The notes under the pieces: model-generated
What the model saw: the letters and a program-made list of their open reading frames with translations, nothing else
Databases searched by the model: none
Told to the model about the DNA's origin: nothing
Assembly: GCA_965238225.1 (NCBI GenBank)
Contig: OZ250183.1
Span: forward strand, 352,001 to 416,000
Source: Gammaproteobacteria bacterium
GTDB taxonomy: Bacteria; Pseudomonadota; Gammaproteobacteria; Eutrophobiales; Eutrophobiaceae
Length of the DNA stretch: 64,000 nt
Reading direction: 5' to 3'
In this document: positions 21,951-32,254 of the stretch, one piece after another
How the letters are laid out: each line of letters starts with the position of its first letter
Numbering within the stretch: position 1 is the stretch's first letter
Position numbers and translations under genes: made by a program

Positions 21951-23432
21951 TTAACCAACAGCACCTTCAAGGGTAATGCCTAATAATTTTTGTGCTTCAA
22001 CCGCAAATTCCATAGGTAATTCTTTAAATACTTCTTTACAGAAACCATTGATAATCATATTTACAGTATCTTCTTCCGATATGCCGCGTTGTTTACAGTA
22101 AAACAACTGATCTTCACCGATCTTTGAAGTCGTAGCTTCGTGTTCTACCTGTGCCGTTGAGTTTTTCACTTCAATATAAGGAAAGGTATGTGCGCCACAT
22201 TTATCTCCCATCAATAAAGAATCACACTGGGTATAGTTGCGAGCATTCTTGGCAGTTTTGGCAATTCGAACCAACCCTCTGTATGTATTCTCGGCAAAGC
22301 GTGCGGATATGCCCTTGGAGATGATGGTGCTGCGAGTGTTCTTGCCGATATGAACCATTTTGGTTCCTGTGTCTGCTTGCTGATAATTATTTGTTACAGC
22401 GACGGAATAGAATTCGCCCACAGAATTATCACCACGTAAAATACAACTGGGATATTTCCAGGTAATGGCAGAACCAGTTTCTACTTGAGTCCATGAGATC
22501 TTGGAGTTCACGCCTCGGCAATCACCGCGCTTGGTGACAAAGTTATAAATTCCACCAACACCATTCTCATCACCGGGGTACCAGTTTTGTACAGTAGAAT
22601 ATTTTATTTGTGCGTTATCCATCGCAACTAACTCTACGACCGCTGCATGTAACTGATTCTCATCTCGCATGGGTGCGGTACAGCCCTCTAGATAGCTTAC
22701 ATGGCTGTCTTTTTCAGCAATAATCAAGGTGCGTTCAAATTGCCCTGTGTTGGCGGCATTGATTCGAAAATAGGTTGACAGTTCCATAGGGCAACGAACC
22801 CCTTTTGGGATAAAACAAAAAGATCCATCAGTAAAAACTGCAGAGTTTAGTGCTGCAAAAAAATTATCTCTAGCAGGTACCACTGTACCCAAATATTTTT
22901 TGACCAGATCAGGATAATCTTTAACGGCCTCAGAAAAGGAGCAAAAGATCACACCAGCATCCTTCAGTTTTTCCTTGAATGTAGTCGCGATAGAAACACT
23001 ATCAAATATTGCATCAACCGCAACGCCAGCCAACTTCATTTGTTCTTGCAAGGGGATACCCAGTTTTTCATAGGTCTCAAGTAATTTAGGATCGACTTCA
23101 TCCAGATTCTTTGGTCTATCGTCTTTTGATTTTGGTGCGGAATAATAAGAGATTGTCTGATAATCAATTTTTTTGTGACGAATATGCGCCCATTCAGGCT
23201 CTTCCATTTTTAACCAGTAACGGTAGGCATTAAGACGCCAGTCTAATAACCATTCAGGCTCTTCTTTTTTTAGCGAAATCAATCGAATGACATCTTCGTT
23301 TAATCCAGGGGCAACAGTATCTGTTTCAATTTCGGTAACGAAGCCATGTTTGTATTCTGCATTAACCAATGTTTCAATATTTGAATCAACTGCGACGCTT
23401 TCAGTAGTTTCGTTGATGTTCTGCGAACTCAT
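21951..23432 (-). CDS. sufB: Fe-S cluster assembly protein SufB
   Basis: [39 protein letters not shown]. Confidence 0.97.
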   Translation of the reverse strand: MSSQNINETTESVAVDSNIETLVNAEYKHGFVTEIETDTVAPGLNEDVIRLISLKKEEPEWLLDWRLNAYRYWLKMEEPEWAHIRHKKIDYQTISYYSAPKSKDDRPKNLDEVDPKLLETYEKLGIPLQEQMKLAGVAVDAIFDSVSIATTFKEKLKDAGVIFCSFSEAVKDYPDLVKKYLGTVVPARDNFFAALNSAVFTDGSFCFIPKGVRCPMELSTYFRINAANTGQFERTLIIAEKDSHVSYLEGCTAPMRDENQLHAAVVELVAMDNAQIKYSTVQNWYPGDENGVGGIYNFVTKRGDCRGVNSKISWTQVETGSAITWKYPSCILRGDNSVGEFYSVAVTNNYQQADTGTKMVHIGKNTRSTIISKGISARFAENTYRGLVRIAKTAKNARNYTQCDSLLMGDKCGAHTFPYIEVKNSTAQVEHEATTSKIGEDQLFYCKQRGISEEDTVNMIINGFCKEVFKELPMEFAVEAQKLLGITLEGAVG

Positions 23433-23464
23433 GAATATTTCTCTGATAAATTTATCTGCTTGGC

Positions 23465-23809
23465 TTAAACGCTGAAACTCTCACCACAACCACAGGTTTC
23501 CTGTACATTCGGATTCTTAAACTGGAGCTCTTCATTGAGCCCTTTGCGGACATAATCCATTTCCATACCTACAAGTAAAGGCAAGCTAAGTTTGTCGACA
23601 AAAATATTTATACCTTTAGATTCAAATATTTCATCTTGTTCTGTAGCCTGTCGAGCTGCTTCAATGACATACTTATAGCCAGAACAGCCAGTGGCTTTAG
23701 TCGCAATACGTAAGCCAATATTGGTATCATGCTTATCCAAAAAGCTTTTTATATGTTCTGCTGCTTTGTCAGTCAGCGTGATATTTTTTGTAATAGCTGT
23801 TTCGTTCAT
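23465..23809 (-). CDS. sufA: A-type Fe-S carrier (SufA/IscA)
   Basis: TGCSGYKY and CGCGESF motifs. Confidence 0.9.
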   Translation of the reverse strand: MNETAITKNITLTDKAAEHIKSFLDKHDTNIGLRIATKATGCSGYKYVIEAARQATEQDEIFESKGINIFVDKLSLPLLVGMEMDYVRKGLNEELQFKNPNVQETCGCGESFSV

Positions 23810-23855
23810 AATTTATTTATTCTATTTAATTCGTAATACCTTTTTTAAGGCGTGA

Positions 23856-24332
23856 TTAATGTGTGGCTCGCCCATATTTTGTGTTACGTTCGATTAAGAT
23901 AGCATTTTGTCGCTTGGCGACTTGTTGTACATTGTTCATTCGAACCATTTCACCGAGTGAAATACCATTTAAATATTCAGAGACATGGCGGTTCAGACCC
24001 AACCACAGATCATGGGTTAAACAACGTACGTCGCCCATACAATTTTGCTGGCCACCACAACGTGTTACATCAATGGGTTCATCAACAGCATACATCACGC
24101 GTGCTATGGTAATTTCGTCAGTATTCAACGCCAGACGGTAACCACCACCTGGCCCACGAACACTTTCAACCAGACCCTTTTTACGCAGTTTGCCGAACAA
24201 CTGTTCTAAATAGGTTAGGGAGATGTTTTGCCTGGCTGAAATATCAGCTAAATTAATTGGCGTTTCGTCGTTATGTAATGCCAAATCGAGCATGGCGGAA
24301 ACAGCGTAACGACCTTTTGTTGTTAGTTTCAT
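23856..24332 (-). CDS. iscR: Fe-S cluster assembly regulator IscR (Rrf2)
   Basis: [25 protein letters not shown], three Cys plus His (RC.....C....RCLTHDLW). Confidence 0.93.
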   Translation of the reverse strand: MKLTTKGRYAVSAMLDLALHNDETPINLADISARQNISLTYLEQLFGKLRKKGLVESVRGPGGGYRLALNTDEITIARVMYAVDEPIDVTRCGGQQNCMGDVRCLTHDLWLGLNRHVSEYLNGISLGEMVRMNNVQQVAKRQNAILIERNTKYGRATH

Positions 24333-24424
24333 CTATCTTTAACTCCAGATACACTTAGCATAAAAATATCTCGGATGCTGCCTGAATTAGAGGGATTTTA
24401 CTTAAAAAGTGCGGCAATTTTCTC

Positions 24425-24474
24425 TTTTCTGAGTAAATTAGTCAACTATATAGTTGATAGATTTAGTCGGGATT
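24425..24474. promoter_or_regulatory. Two adjacent type-1 IscR binding sites
   Basis: 24425-24449 reverse complement ATAGTTGACTAATTTACTCAGAAAA and 24450-24474 ATAGTTGATAGATTTAGTCGGGATT; both resemble the type-1 consensus ATASYYGACTRwwwYAGTCRRSTAT, about 100 nt upstream of iscR. Confidence 0.8.
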
Positions 24475-24689
24475 TTAAAAAAAATGATTTTGTAGGTCTA
24501 TTCCCAAGATTTTAAATCTTTCTGGGGACACGTTTTGAGACATAGATTTTGTCTTTATCTTAAAAGTCTACCTTCCCCGCTAATTTGCGACTAAAAAATC
24601 TTTGGATAGATATATAATAAACTCTTAACTTCAAGGTTTATAATGAACCATGATTGGCGTTAAATGCGATATTTAAGAATAAATAAAAA

Positions 24690-25613
24690 ATGATAAATGA
24701 AGAAGACTATTGTTATATCCCTCAACACCCTGTGTCATCCAATGACCCAGGGTATATGTTTCCGTTGTTTAAATTTATGCAACAAAAACATGCAAATAAG
24801 ATGTTATCCGAAGGTGAAATTTATATTCCAAATTTATATTCATTTTCCAACAGTAATATTCATTCAGGATTGACATATGATAATAAAGAATCGAAAGATC
24901 GTTCGGATGTTTTAGTTTATTGCACATCAGGATTATTGTTTTCCGATTCTTTGTCTTGGGCAATAGAAGACAAAAAAGAAACATGCGTTATGATTACTGA
25001 CAGCAATAAATTTAGAGATTTAATAGAAAAGGAAGTAAATAAAAGTGAATATGATATTTTAGGTTTTAGATCATGTGTTTATGTGGGGGAGAACTTTAGA
25101 CCCTGGAACAATCCTCGACGCAGGTATTTTATGAAAGAAAAAATATTTAGAGAACAACGAGAAGTAAGATTGGTCATGGTGCCAAAAGAAAAAATACCTG
25201 TTGGTTCGGAAATTGAACCTTTAAAGATTAAAATACCAGAAGTTACTGAATATTTAATTGAAATAAAAATAGACAAAGTAGTCCCAGAAATTTTACGAGG
25301 CAAAAAAACAGGCACAATCACCTCTAAAATTCACAGAAAAGATGGTATTTCTGGATCAGAATTTACAATAGAAAAACCTTTTGGCGTGTACTCTCCAGCT
25401 ATTCTTTGTCATTTTGAGCCAGAACCTTCGTTGGGATTTTCAGATCGTAAAAATAATAGTCCCTATGTAGGGGCTAATATTACTTCGGGTGATAGTGATG
25501 CGAGAAAACCTGTCTTGGTAGCATCGATGGATGGGTTTGGTGTGTTTGTTTGTCCTACTCCTGTGAATAGTATTGAAAATATTGAAATAATATGTGAAAA
25601 CTCAGAACGCTAA
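24690..25613 (+). CDS. Hypothetical protein, N-terminal domain DUF2971-like
   Basis: 307-aa uninterrupted ORF; pattern LFKF..VYCTS..TCVMI.D...F...I..V.Y..F.K...F..QREVR. Confidence 0.6.
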   Translation: MINEEDYCYIPQHPVSSNDPGYMFPLFKFMQQKHANKMLSEGEIYIPNLYSFSNSNIHSGLTYDNKESKDRSDVLVYCTSGLLFSDSLSWAIEDKKETCVMITDSNKFRDLIEKEVNKSEYDILGFRSCVYVGENFRPWNNPRRRYFMKEKIFREQREVRLVMVPKEKIPVGSEIEPLKIKIPEVTEYLIEIKIDKVVPEILRGKKTGTITSKIHRKDGISGSEFTIEKPFGVYSPAILCHFEPEPSLGFSDRKNNSPYVGANITSGDSDARKPVLVASMDGFGVFVCPTPVNSIENIEIICENSER

Positions 25614-25634
25614 ACCAAGCGAAGCTTGATTTAG
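25610..25634 (+). terminator. Hairpin at the end of the orphan ORF
   Basis: CTAAACCAAGC-GAA-GCTTGATTTAG, 11-bp stem with one mismatch, overlapping the stop codon; no clear U-tract. Confidence 0.3.
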
Positions 25635-25863
25635 AGAGAATTATTAATTTAGATTTAGTTGTCACATACCGCATGATTATATGGATTTTTTGAGAAGAAT
25701 TGAGGTTTATCGCGTAATCACTATAATTTTTTAAGGGATACACTTATAAAAGAAAATGACAACACAGCTGCCGTATAAGCATCTAGATTTTGAACCAATT
25801 ATTAACACTTTTTGCGTGTTCAGTTAGACTTTGACTCATACAGAATCTATCTTCTAAGGGTTA

Positions 25864-26817
25864 ATGAAAAAATTAAGAGGGTTGTTATTGACCGAAGGAA
25901 TGCATGGCATGATTAGTCAGGTTGAAGGTTTAGCCAAGGCTCTAGACTTAAAATTTATACATGAGAAAATTGAACTTAATAGTTTTTGGAAGTTATTACC
26001 ACCAAAAATAACTCCAGTAAAAGATTGTGTTTTTAAAAATACAATTGATTATGATTTTGATGTTGTTATTTCATGTGGAAGAAAAAGTGTAATCCCATCA
26101 ATTTATTTTAAACAAAAATTTAAAAATAAAATTCTAAGTATTCATATTCAAGATCCCAAAGTATCATTAAATAATTTTGATTTTCTAGTTGTACCTGAAC
26201 ATGATGGTCTGACAGGTAAGAATGTTTTAACCAGCAAAGGTGCAATTCATTCTTTAACAAATGATGAATTAGACAAAAATGAAAATTATTTAAAATCTAG
26301 AATAGATACTCAAAAAAAGATATTGGCATTTATCATTGGGGGTCCAAATAAATATTATAACTATGACAGTAAAATAATTGATGAAGTATTCTCAAAAATT
26401 AACAATAATTTTTTACAAAAAAATTACCAAGCAATCGTTGTGCCCTCAATGAGAACACCTAAAAATATTATTCAGAAAGCACAAAATTATTTTGGTAAAA
26501 ATCAAATCATAATTCCAGATGTTGATAAAAAGTCTTATTTATCATCTTTAAAGTTAGCAGATCATATAGTTGTAACATGTGACTCTACATCAATGATTTC
26601 CGAAGCAGCAATTACTGGTAAGCCTATTTATGTTGCTCAAATGCCTGCAATTAAAAGCAATGAAAGGTTTAAAGAATTTTTTAATTTATTTGAGTCACTA
26701 AATATAACTAAAAACCTTGATACATATATTGAAAGCTGGGATTATAAAAAATTGGATGAAACCAATAGAATATCAAGCTATATAAAAGATAAAATAAATA
26801 ATTATGACTTTTCTTAA
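25864..26817 (+). CDS. ELM1/GtrOC1 family putative glycosyltransferase (DUF1022)
   Basis: G...Q..GLA.AL, ISCGR, HIQDP, VPEHD, IGGPNK.Y, S.RTP, VTCDSTSMISEA..TGKP. Confidence 0.88.
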   Translation: MKKLRGLLLTEGMHGMISQVEGLAKALDLKFIHEKIELNSFWKLLPPKITPVKDCVFKNTIDYDFDVVISCGRKSVIPSIYFKQKFKNKILSIHIQDPKVSLNNFDFLVVPEHDGLTGKNVLTSKGAIHSLTNDELDKNENYLKSRIDTQKKILAFIIGGPNKYYNYDSKIIDEVFSKINNNFLQKNYQAIVVPSMRTPKNIIQKAQNYFGKNQIIIPDVDKKSYLSSLKLADHIVVTCDSTSMISEAAITGKPIYVAQMPAIKSNERFKEFFNLFESLNITKNLDTYIESWDYKKLDETNRISSYIKDKINNYDFS

Positions 26818-27466
26818 TTCAATATTAAATAATACTAAAGAATACAAAGATCCATTTAAACATTGGGAATTGAATGAACCATTGTCCAATGAGGCAATTC
26901 AAGAAATTATAAAATCTGACATTATAAATGTTGCTGATCATAATTTAAATTATGATGGAACAAGAGCAATAGATGGAGGGGCGCCTGAGTTTAGAGAAGG
27001 TATTGCATCTGGTGGAAAAGCTTTAAAATTTAGATGTTTTGTTGTAAAAGATAATGCCGAACAGTTTCCAGGATTGGTCAAATTGATCAATGAACTTCGA
27101 TCAAAAAAAACTTATGAAAAAATATCACAACTTATTCATAAAGATTTATCAAATTCATATGTAAGAGTTGAGGTTATATGTGATAGAAAGGGTTTCTGGT
27201 TAAAACCGCACTGCGATATTAAAGAGAAGTTAGTATCTTGTCTTTTATTTGTTAACGAATTTAATGAGTCTGAGGAATTAGGTACGGATTTTTATAATGA
27301 AAGATTAGAAAAAGTTAAAACTATTCCTTACAAAAACAATTATGGTTATCTATTCACTAGCGGACCAAATACTTGGCATGGAATGGAAAAGAAAGAAATA
27401 GTTAAAGAAAGACGTTGTTTGCAAATAAACTATGTTTCGTTCCCAACTGATTGGAAAGTCAAATAA
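26804..27466 (+). CDS. 2OG-Fe(II) oxygenase superfamily protein
   Basis: WLKPHCD (HxD), TWHG distal His, RR.LQINY; 14-nt overlap with the ELM1 gene. Confidence 0.85.
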   Translation: MTFLNSILNNTKEYKDPFKHWELNEPLSNEAIQEIIKSDIINVADHNLNYDGTRAIDGGAPEFREGIASGGKALKFRCFVVKDNAEQFPGLVKLINELRSKKTYEKISQLIHKDLSNSYVRVEVICDRKGFWLKPHCDIKEKLVSCLLFVNEFNESEELGTDFYNERLEKVKTIPYKNNYGYLFTSGPNTWHGMEKKEIVKERRCLQINYVSFPTDWKVK

Positions 27467-27551
27467 TTTTGAATATCATGAAAATAAGTTACTGTTATTT
27501 CTTTAAAATAAATGTTCCTAGAAATAATTTTTACGTAACGCCCCACAATAA

Positions 27552-28010
27552 TATTTCCTAAATAATATTTTTTTTGGAGTTCCTCGCGGGTCTCGTTTAT
27601 CAATATCTTTTATTAAGGCACCGAAATTTAGATGGCGAATTAAATTTATCGGTTCTCATGTACCGATTGTAATATGCAGTGTTGATGAAAATAAATTTTT
27701 TAGAATTGAGTTACCAATAAAGACCGAACAACGAGGTTTGTTTTATGTAGGTCGTATCAAAATATTTACTACCTTTCCTTTAGGTTTGTTCAAAGCATGG
27801 TCATACATAGACATAAATAAACCCTGCCTAGTGTACCCCAGCCCAGCAGGCCAAGATTATTTTCCACCACTTAAATTAATCAATGCTATCGGTATTCAAG
27901 GTAATGCTTCTGGAACAGATGATTTTATTGGTTTTAGAAATTATCTGTCAAGTGACTCAACCAAAGATATTGCCTAGAAGATCTATGCTCAGAAAAAAGG
28001 TTTGTTTATA
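27552..28010 (+). pseudogene. DUF58 family protein remnant
   Basis: Frame open from 27552 but lacking the natural N-terminus: ..EQRGLFYVGRIKIFTTFPLGLFKAWS..CLVYPSP..GTDDFIGFRNY..DSTKDIA*KIYA (Trp of the IAWK motif replaced by TAG). Confidence 0.8.
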
Positions 28011-28410
28011 ACCCAGCGGGTAATTAATTATAGGCCAAAACGACAAAAAGAATTTCTTGGTCAATTTGGATTACAGGATATAAACTGGAGCAGCATGATT
28101 TTTCTCATTGTGGTATTTACTGGCATGATACTTATTTGTATGACATTCACACTATTGCGGACGGTGCCTCAAGATAGAGATCAAGTTAAGCGCCCATACA
28201 ATAAATTTTGCAAAAAAATTATCACATTGTGGAATCTATCATGATGTATACGAAGACCCAGTCGATTTTGCCAGACGGGCTTCACTAGAAAGAAACGATC
28301 TTGATACACAAATAAATAACATTACAGATATCTATGTTGCGGTAAGATATGGCTCTAATATGAAGCAAGATGGATATCTTGCGAAAAAATAAGAGCATTC
28401 AAAACTTATA
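28002..28410 (+). pseudogene. Transglutaminase TgpA-like C-terminal (DUF4129) remnant
   Basis: VINY....QKEFL..FG, TM helix, YNKFCKK, then after a frameshift EDPVDFARR..ITDIYVAVRYG; catalytic core absent. Confidence 0.7.
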
Positions 28411-28473
28411 TGCTCGTACGCTTTTTAAAATATTCTCCTGAGTTGTATTGCTCTCAATAATCTATTGTTTATT

Positions 28474-30221
28474 TTATGTATTAAATTGTAGTTGGTGCAA
28501 CTTGGCATAAAATTTATTCTTTCTAAGCAATTCATTGTGTGTGCCAATCTCAACAATCGTACCATTATCAATCACAATAATACGATCTGCATTTTCTATG
28601 GTTGATAGTCGATGGGCAATGAGTAGACATGTTTTGTCTTCTTTAATTTCTTTCATTGCTAACTGAATTTGTCTTTCCGAATGTGTATCTAGAGAAGAGG
28701 TTGCTTCATCCATAATCAATATTGGCGCATCTTTAAGAAGCGCCCTTGCAATAGCTAATCTTTGACGTTGGCCACCGGATAATTTCAGGCCTTTTTCACC
28801 AATAATGGTATCAAAACCATCTTCAAGTTTTTCAATGAACTCTAATGCATGAGCTGCGCGTGCTGCCGCTATAATTGATTCTTCACTGTAAGAATTCAAA
28901 CTTCCATAAGCAATATTATTCCTAACAGTGTCATTAAACAAAATAATTTCCTGACTAACTAGAGCTATATTTTTGCGTAATGAATGTAATGAAATGTCCT
29001 GAATTTCCTTCCCATCCAACAATATTCCCCCTCTAATACTGTATAAAACATAGGAATCATGTTTGCTAAAGTTGATTTACCACTACCAGATGCACCAACT
29101 AGCGCAACGATCTCGCCTGGTTTAATGTGTATGGAAATATTATTTAATGATTTCTCCTTACTGTTTTGGTAACTAAAATTTACATTACAGAATTCTATTT
29201 CACCTTTAACTCTTTCTAGAATTTGTTTTCTGCCTGTATCAGACTCAACAGGTTGCTCCAGAAAGGCAAAAATACTTTCACAGGCAGCTAGTCCTTTTTG
29301 CAGATGTTCGTTCACTCCAGATAAACGTTTGAGCGGACTTAACAACATAGCCATGGCCGCAAAGAACGAAGTAAATTCTCCTACTCTAATTTCATTTGCT
29401 GATGCTTTTTGAATAGCAATATAAATGATTGTAGCCATAGCAATGGATGTGATCATTTGAATCACAGGACTACTTGCAGCAGCAGCTGCTGCAAATTTCA
29501 TTGAATACATACGATTAGCATTAACGACTTTCTTAAAACGATTACTTTCTTGTTCTTCGCCGTTATACAGCTTAACTAACTTCTGCCCATTGATACATTC
29601 ACCTAGCACATGGTTTATGTCTGCCATGGAATCTTGAGATTTAAGACTCATTTTTCTGAGTTGTTTACGGATAATTAAGATCATAGAGACAATAAAAGGT
29701 GTGCTTATCATCGCAATCAATGTCATTTCCCAATCGAGATAGAACATCCAGGCTAAAAGCCCAACAATAGCCAGAGAATCACGCACAAGAATCATAATTA
29801 TACTGGTTGCCGCTTCTTTAATTTGAATGACATCATAGGTAAATTTTGATAATAGGTTTCCTGATGAGTATTTATCGTAATAGCTGCTGGGTAATGATAA
29901 TAATCTGATAAACATTTTTTGCCTCAGATCCATCACCACTTGATTCGCGACCCACTGCAGGGCAACATCATTGGTGTAAGTTGCAAGCCCTCTCATTGCA
30001 AATAACACAATAAATAGAATAGGTATCCATTTTATAGTTACCGGATCTTTGTCAACGAAGGCTCCATCCAGCATAGGCTGGATCAGGATGGGAATGGCAG
30101 GATCAGATATTGCCAAAATCAGCATGCTGACGATGGATATAGAAAAGGTGCGCCAGTAAGGCAATACATAAAGCAATAATTGCTTGTACAGACGAGCATC
30201 ATTATCAGTGATTAGCATCAA
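28474..30221 (-). pseudogene. msbA: MsbA-like lipid ABC exporter split by a single-base deletion
   Basis: TMD plus Walker [10 protein letters not shown] in ORF 28965-30221; LSGGQRQR and DEATSSLD in ORF 28474-29022; one added base at about 29025-29031 restores EG(E/G)ILLDG. Confidence 0.8.
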
Positions 30222-30468
30222 TTTTTTCTCTTAAACATCCATAGGTCTAAATAATGAGTCCATTGTAGAAAGCTCATTATAGAAAGCATAGTATAACCAA
30301 ACTACATTGGAAATGCAGGGCTTAGAGTTCAAGCAAAAGTTAAAAATCCTGTCACGAGCCACACAGCACGCATGTGGTACTTGATGGTGTGATTTATGTA
30401 GATGCCTTACTGGGTTATAATACAATAACTAAAACAAAGAATATCTAAACTAGAGGGAATCACAGCAC

Positions 30469-31125
30469 GTGCGCACAATATTAATTCTTAACCCAAAAGG
30501 AGGTTGTGGAAAAAGTACAATAGCAACAAATATTGCTGGTTACTTCGCAATACAAGGAAAGAATGTTGCACTTGCTGATTGTGATCCGCAATATTCCAGT
30601 AATGACTGGCTAAGCGTGCGGCCTTTGCATCTTCCTAGAATTAATCATGTGCCCGTGAAAAAAAGCAAACTCCATGTGCCCTATGACACAGAAATACTCA
30701 TACTGGATACACCAGCAAGTATGCACGACCAAAAGATGTCTAAAATTATCAATGCGGCACAAACAATGATTATTCCCGTGCTACCTTCTCCTGTGGATAT
30801 GCGCGCCGCAGAAAGGTTTATAAAAAATCTAATTAAACTAAGAAAGAAAACTGCTAATAATAAAATTAAAATTGCAACCGTTGCTAACAGGGTTAGCGAA
30901 AGAACAATAATTTCAACGAAGCTTGGAAGCTATCTAGAAAAAATAAAACTACCAAACGGAAAAAGAATCCCGTTCATGACTTTACTGCGTGCCAGCCAAA
31001 ATTATGTGCATGCTTCTGAAAAAGGGATGACAATATTCGAGATGATGCCTTCTAAAACTCATATCGATCGCGAACAGTGGCAACCTTTAATAAGATGGCT
31101 AACTAGTAAAAAAAGCCTGCCGTAA
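30469..31125 (+). CDS. Orphan ParA-family ATPase
   Basis: NPKGGCGKST deviant Walker A, DCDPQ, DTPA, IPVLPSP.D, VANRV. Confidence 0.88.
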   Translation: MRTILILNPKGGCGKSTIATNIAGYFAIQGKNVALADCDPQYSSNDWLSVRPLHLPRINHVPVKKSKLHVPYDTEILILDTPASMHDQKMSKIINAAQTMIIPVLPSPVDMRAAERFIKNLIKLRKKTANNKIKIATVANRVSERTIISTKLGSYLEKIKLPNGKRIPFMTLLRASQNYVHASEKGMTIFEMMPSKTHIDREQWQPLIRWLTSKKSLP

Positions 31126-31181
31126 ATTTATTAAAAATATCTTTTGCTTACATCAAACAAAGATTATATTTGTTGAATATC

Positions 31182-32192
31182 ATGTCATTCAAAATTACTA
31201 TTGGTTCAAGCGAGGAGTCATTTCCAACATGCAATGAAGAAACCATTTTAGAATCAGCGCTCAAAAATGGTTATGGCTTCCCTTACGGTTGTCGAAATGG
31301 TGATTGCGGAGCCTGTAAAGGAAAATTAATCGAAGGTAATATCAGTTATAAAAATGAAGTGTCAGGTATTTCTAACAAGGAAATCGAAGAAGGTTATGCA
31401 CTTTTTTGCCAAGCCGTCCCAGAATCTGATGTTATTATAGAAGCAAAGGAGGTTAGTAAAGTCAGTGATGTTACTATTCGCAAACTGCCTTGTCGTGTTG
31501 TAGATATTAAGCAACTGAATCATGATGTTATCCGTCTTTTTTTAAAATTACCGAAGAACGAACATCTACAATTTCTCGCTGGACAATACATAGACTTATT
31601 ATTATGCGAAGGGGAAAGACGATCATTTTCATTGGCCAACGCGCCACATAATAATGATTACTTGGAATTACATGTCCGTCATTATGATGGTGGTGTATTT
31701 TCGGAATACGCCTTTCGAGAATTAAAAGAAAACACATTATTAAGATTTGAAGGGCCGCTAGGGACTTTTTTCCTCAGGGAATATTCAGAACGACCTATGA
31801 TTATGGTTGCAGGTGGAACTGGTTTCGCTCCCATCAAAGGCATTATCGAACATGCATTATATCTGGGCGATAAACGCCCGATTCATTTCTACTGGGGGGC
31901 GCGCAAAGAAGAAGATCTCTATCTAAATCAGCTTGTCCAAATTTGGATAGAAGAACACGACCATATAAGATATATCCCGGTACTTTCTGAAACAGACAAA
32001 TCATATAAATGGCAAGGCAGAACAGGTTTTGTCCATCATGCCATTTTTGAGGATATCAAAGATGTAGCAGGCTACGAAGTCTATACTTGTGGCCCACCCC
32101 CTATGGTTCATGCCGTCCTAGATTCATTTGTAAAAAAAGGCTTGTCCGTAGAATTTATTCATTCCGATTCGTTCGAATTCGCCTCAAGTTGA
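31182..32192 (+). CDS. 2Fe-2S/FAD NAD(P)H oxidoreductase (CDP-6-deoxy-delta-3,4-glucoseen reductase-like)
   Basis: YGCRNGDCGACK..FCQ ferredoxin domain; RSFSLA, AGGTGFAP, YTCGPPPM. Confidence 0.88.
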   Translation: MSFKITIGSSEESFPTCNEETILESALKNGYGFPYGCRNGDCGACKGKLIEGNISYKNEVSGISNKEIEEGYALFCQAVPESDVIIEAKEVSKVSDVTIRKLPCRVVDIKQLNHDVIRLFLKLPKNEHLQFLAGQYIDLLLCEGERRSFSLANAPHNNDYLELHVRHYDGGVFSEYAFRELKENTLLRFEGPLGTFFLREYSERPMIMVAGGTGFAPIKGIIEHALYLGDKRPIHFYWGARKEEDLYLNQLVQIWIEEHDHIRYIPVLSETDKSYKWQGRTGFVHHAIFEDIKDVAGYEVYTCGPPPMVHAVLDSFVKKGLSVEFIHSDSFEFASS

Positions 32193-32254
32193 TTAGCACT
32201 CGGTTTTGTTTTCAGGGTATTTATAATGAACGTTTATTCTATTATTATTCGTCT

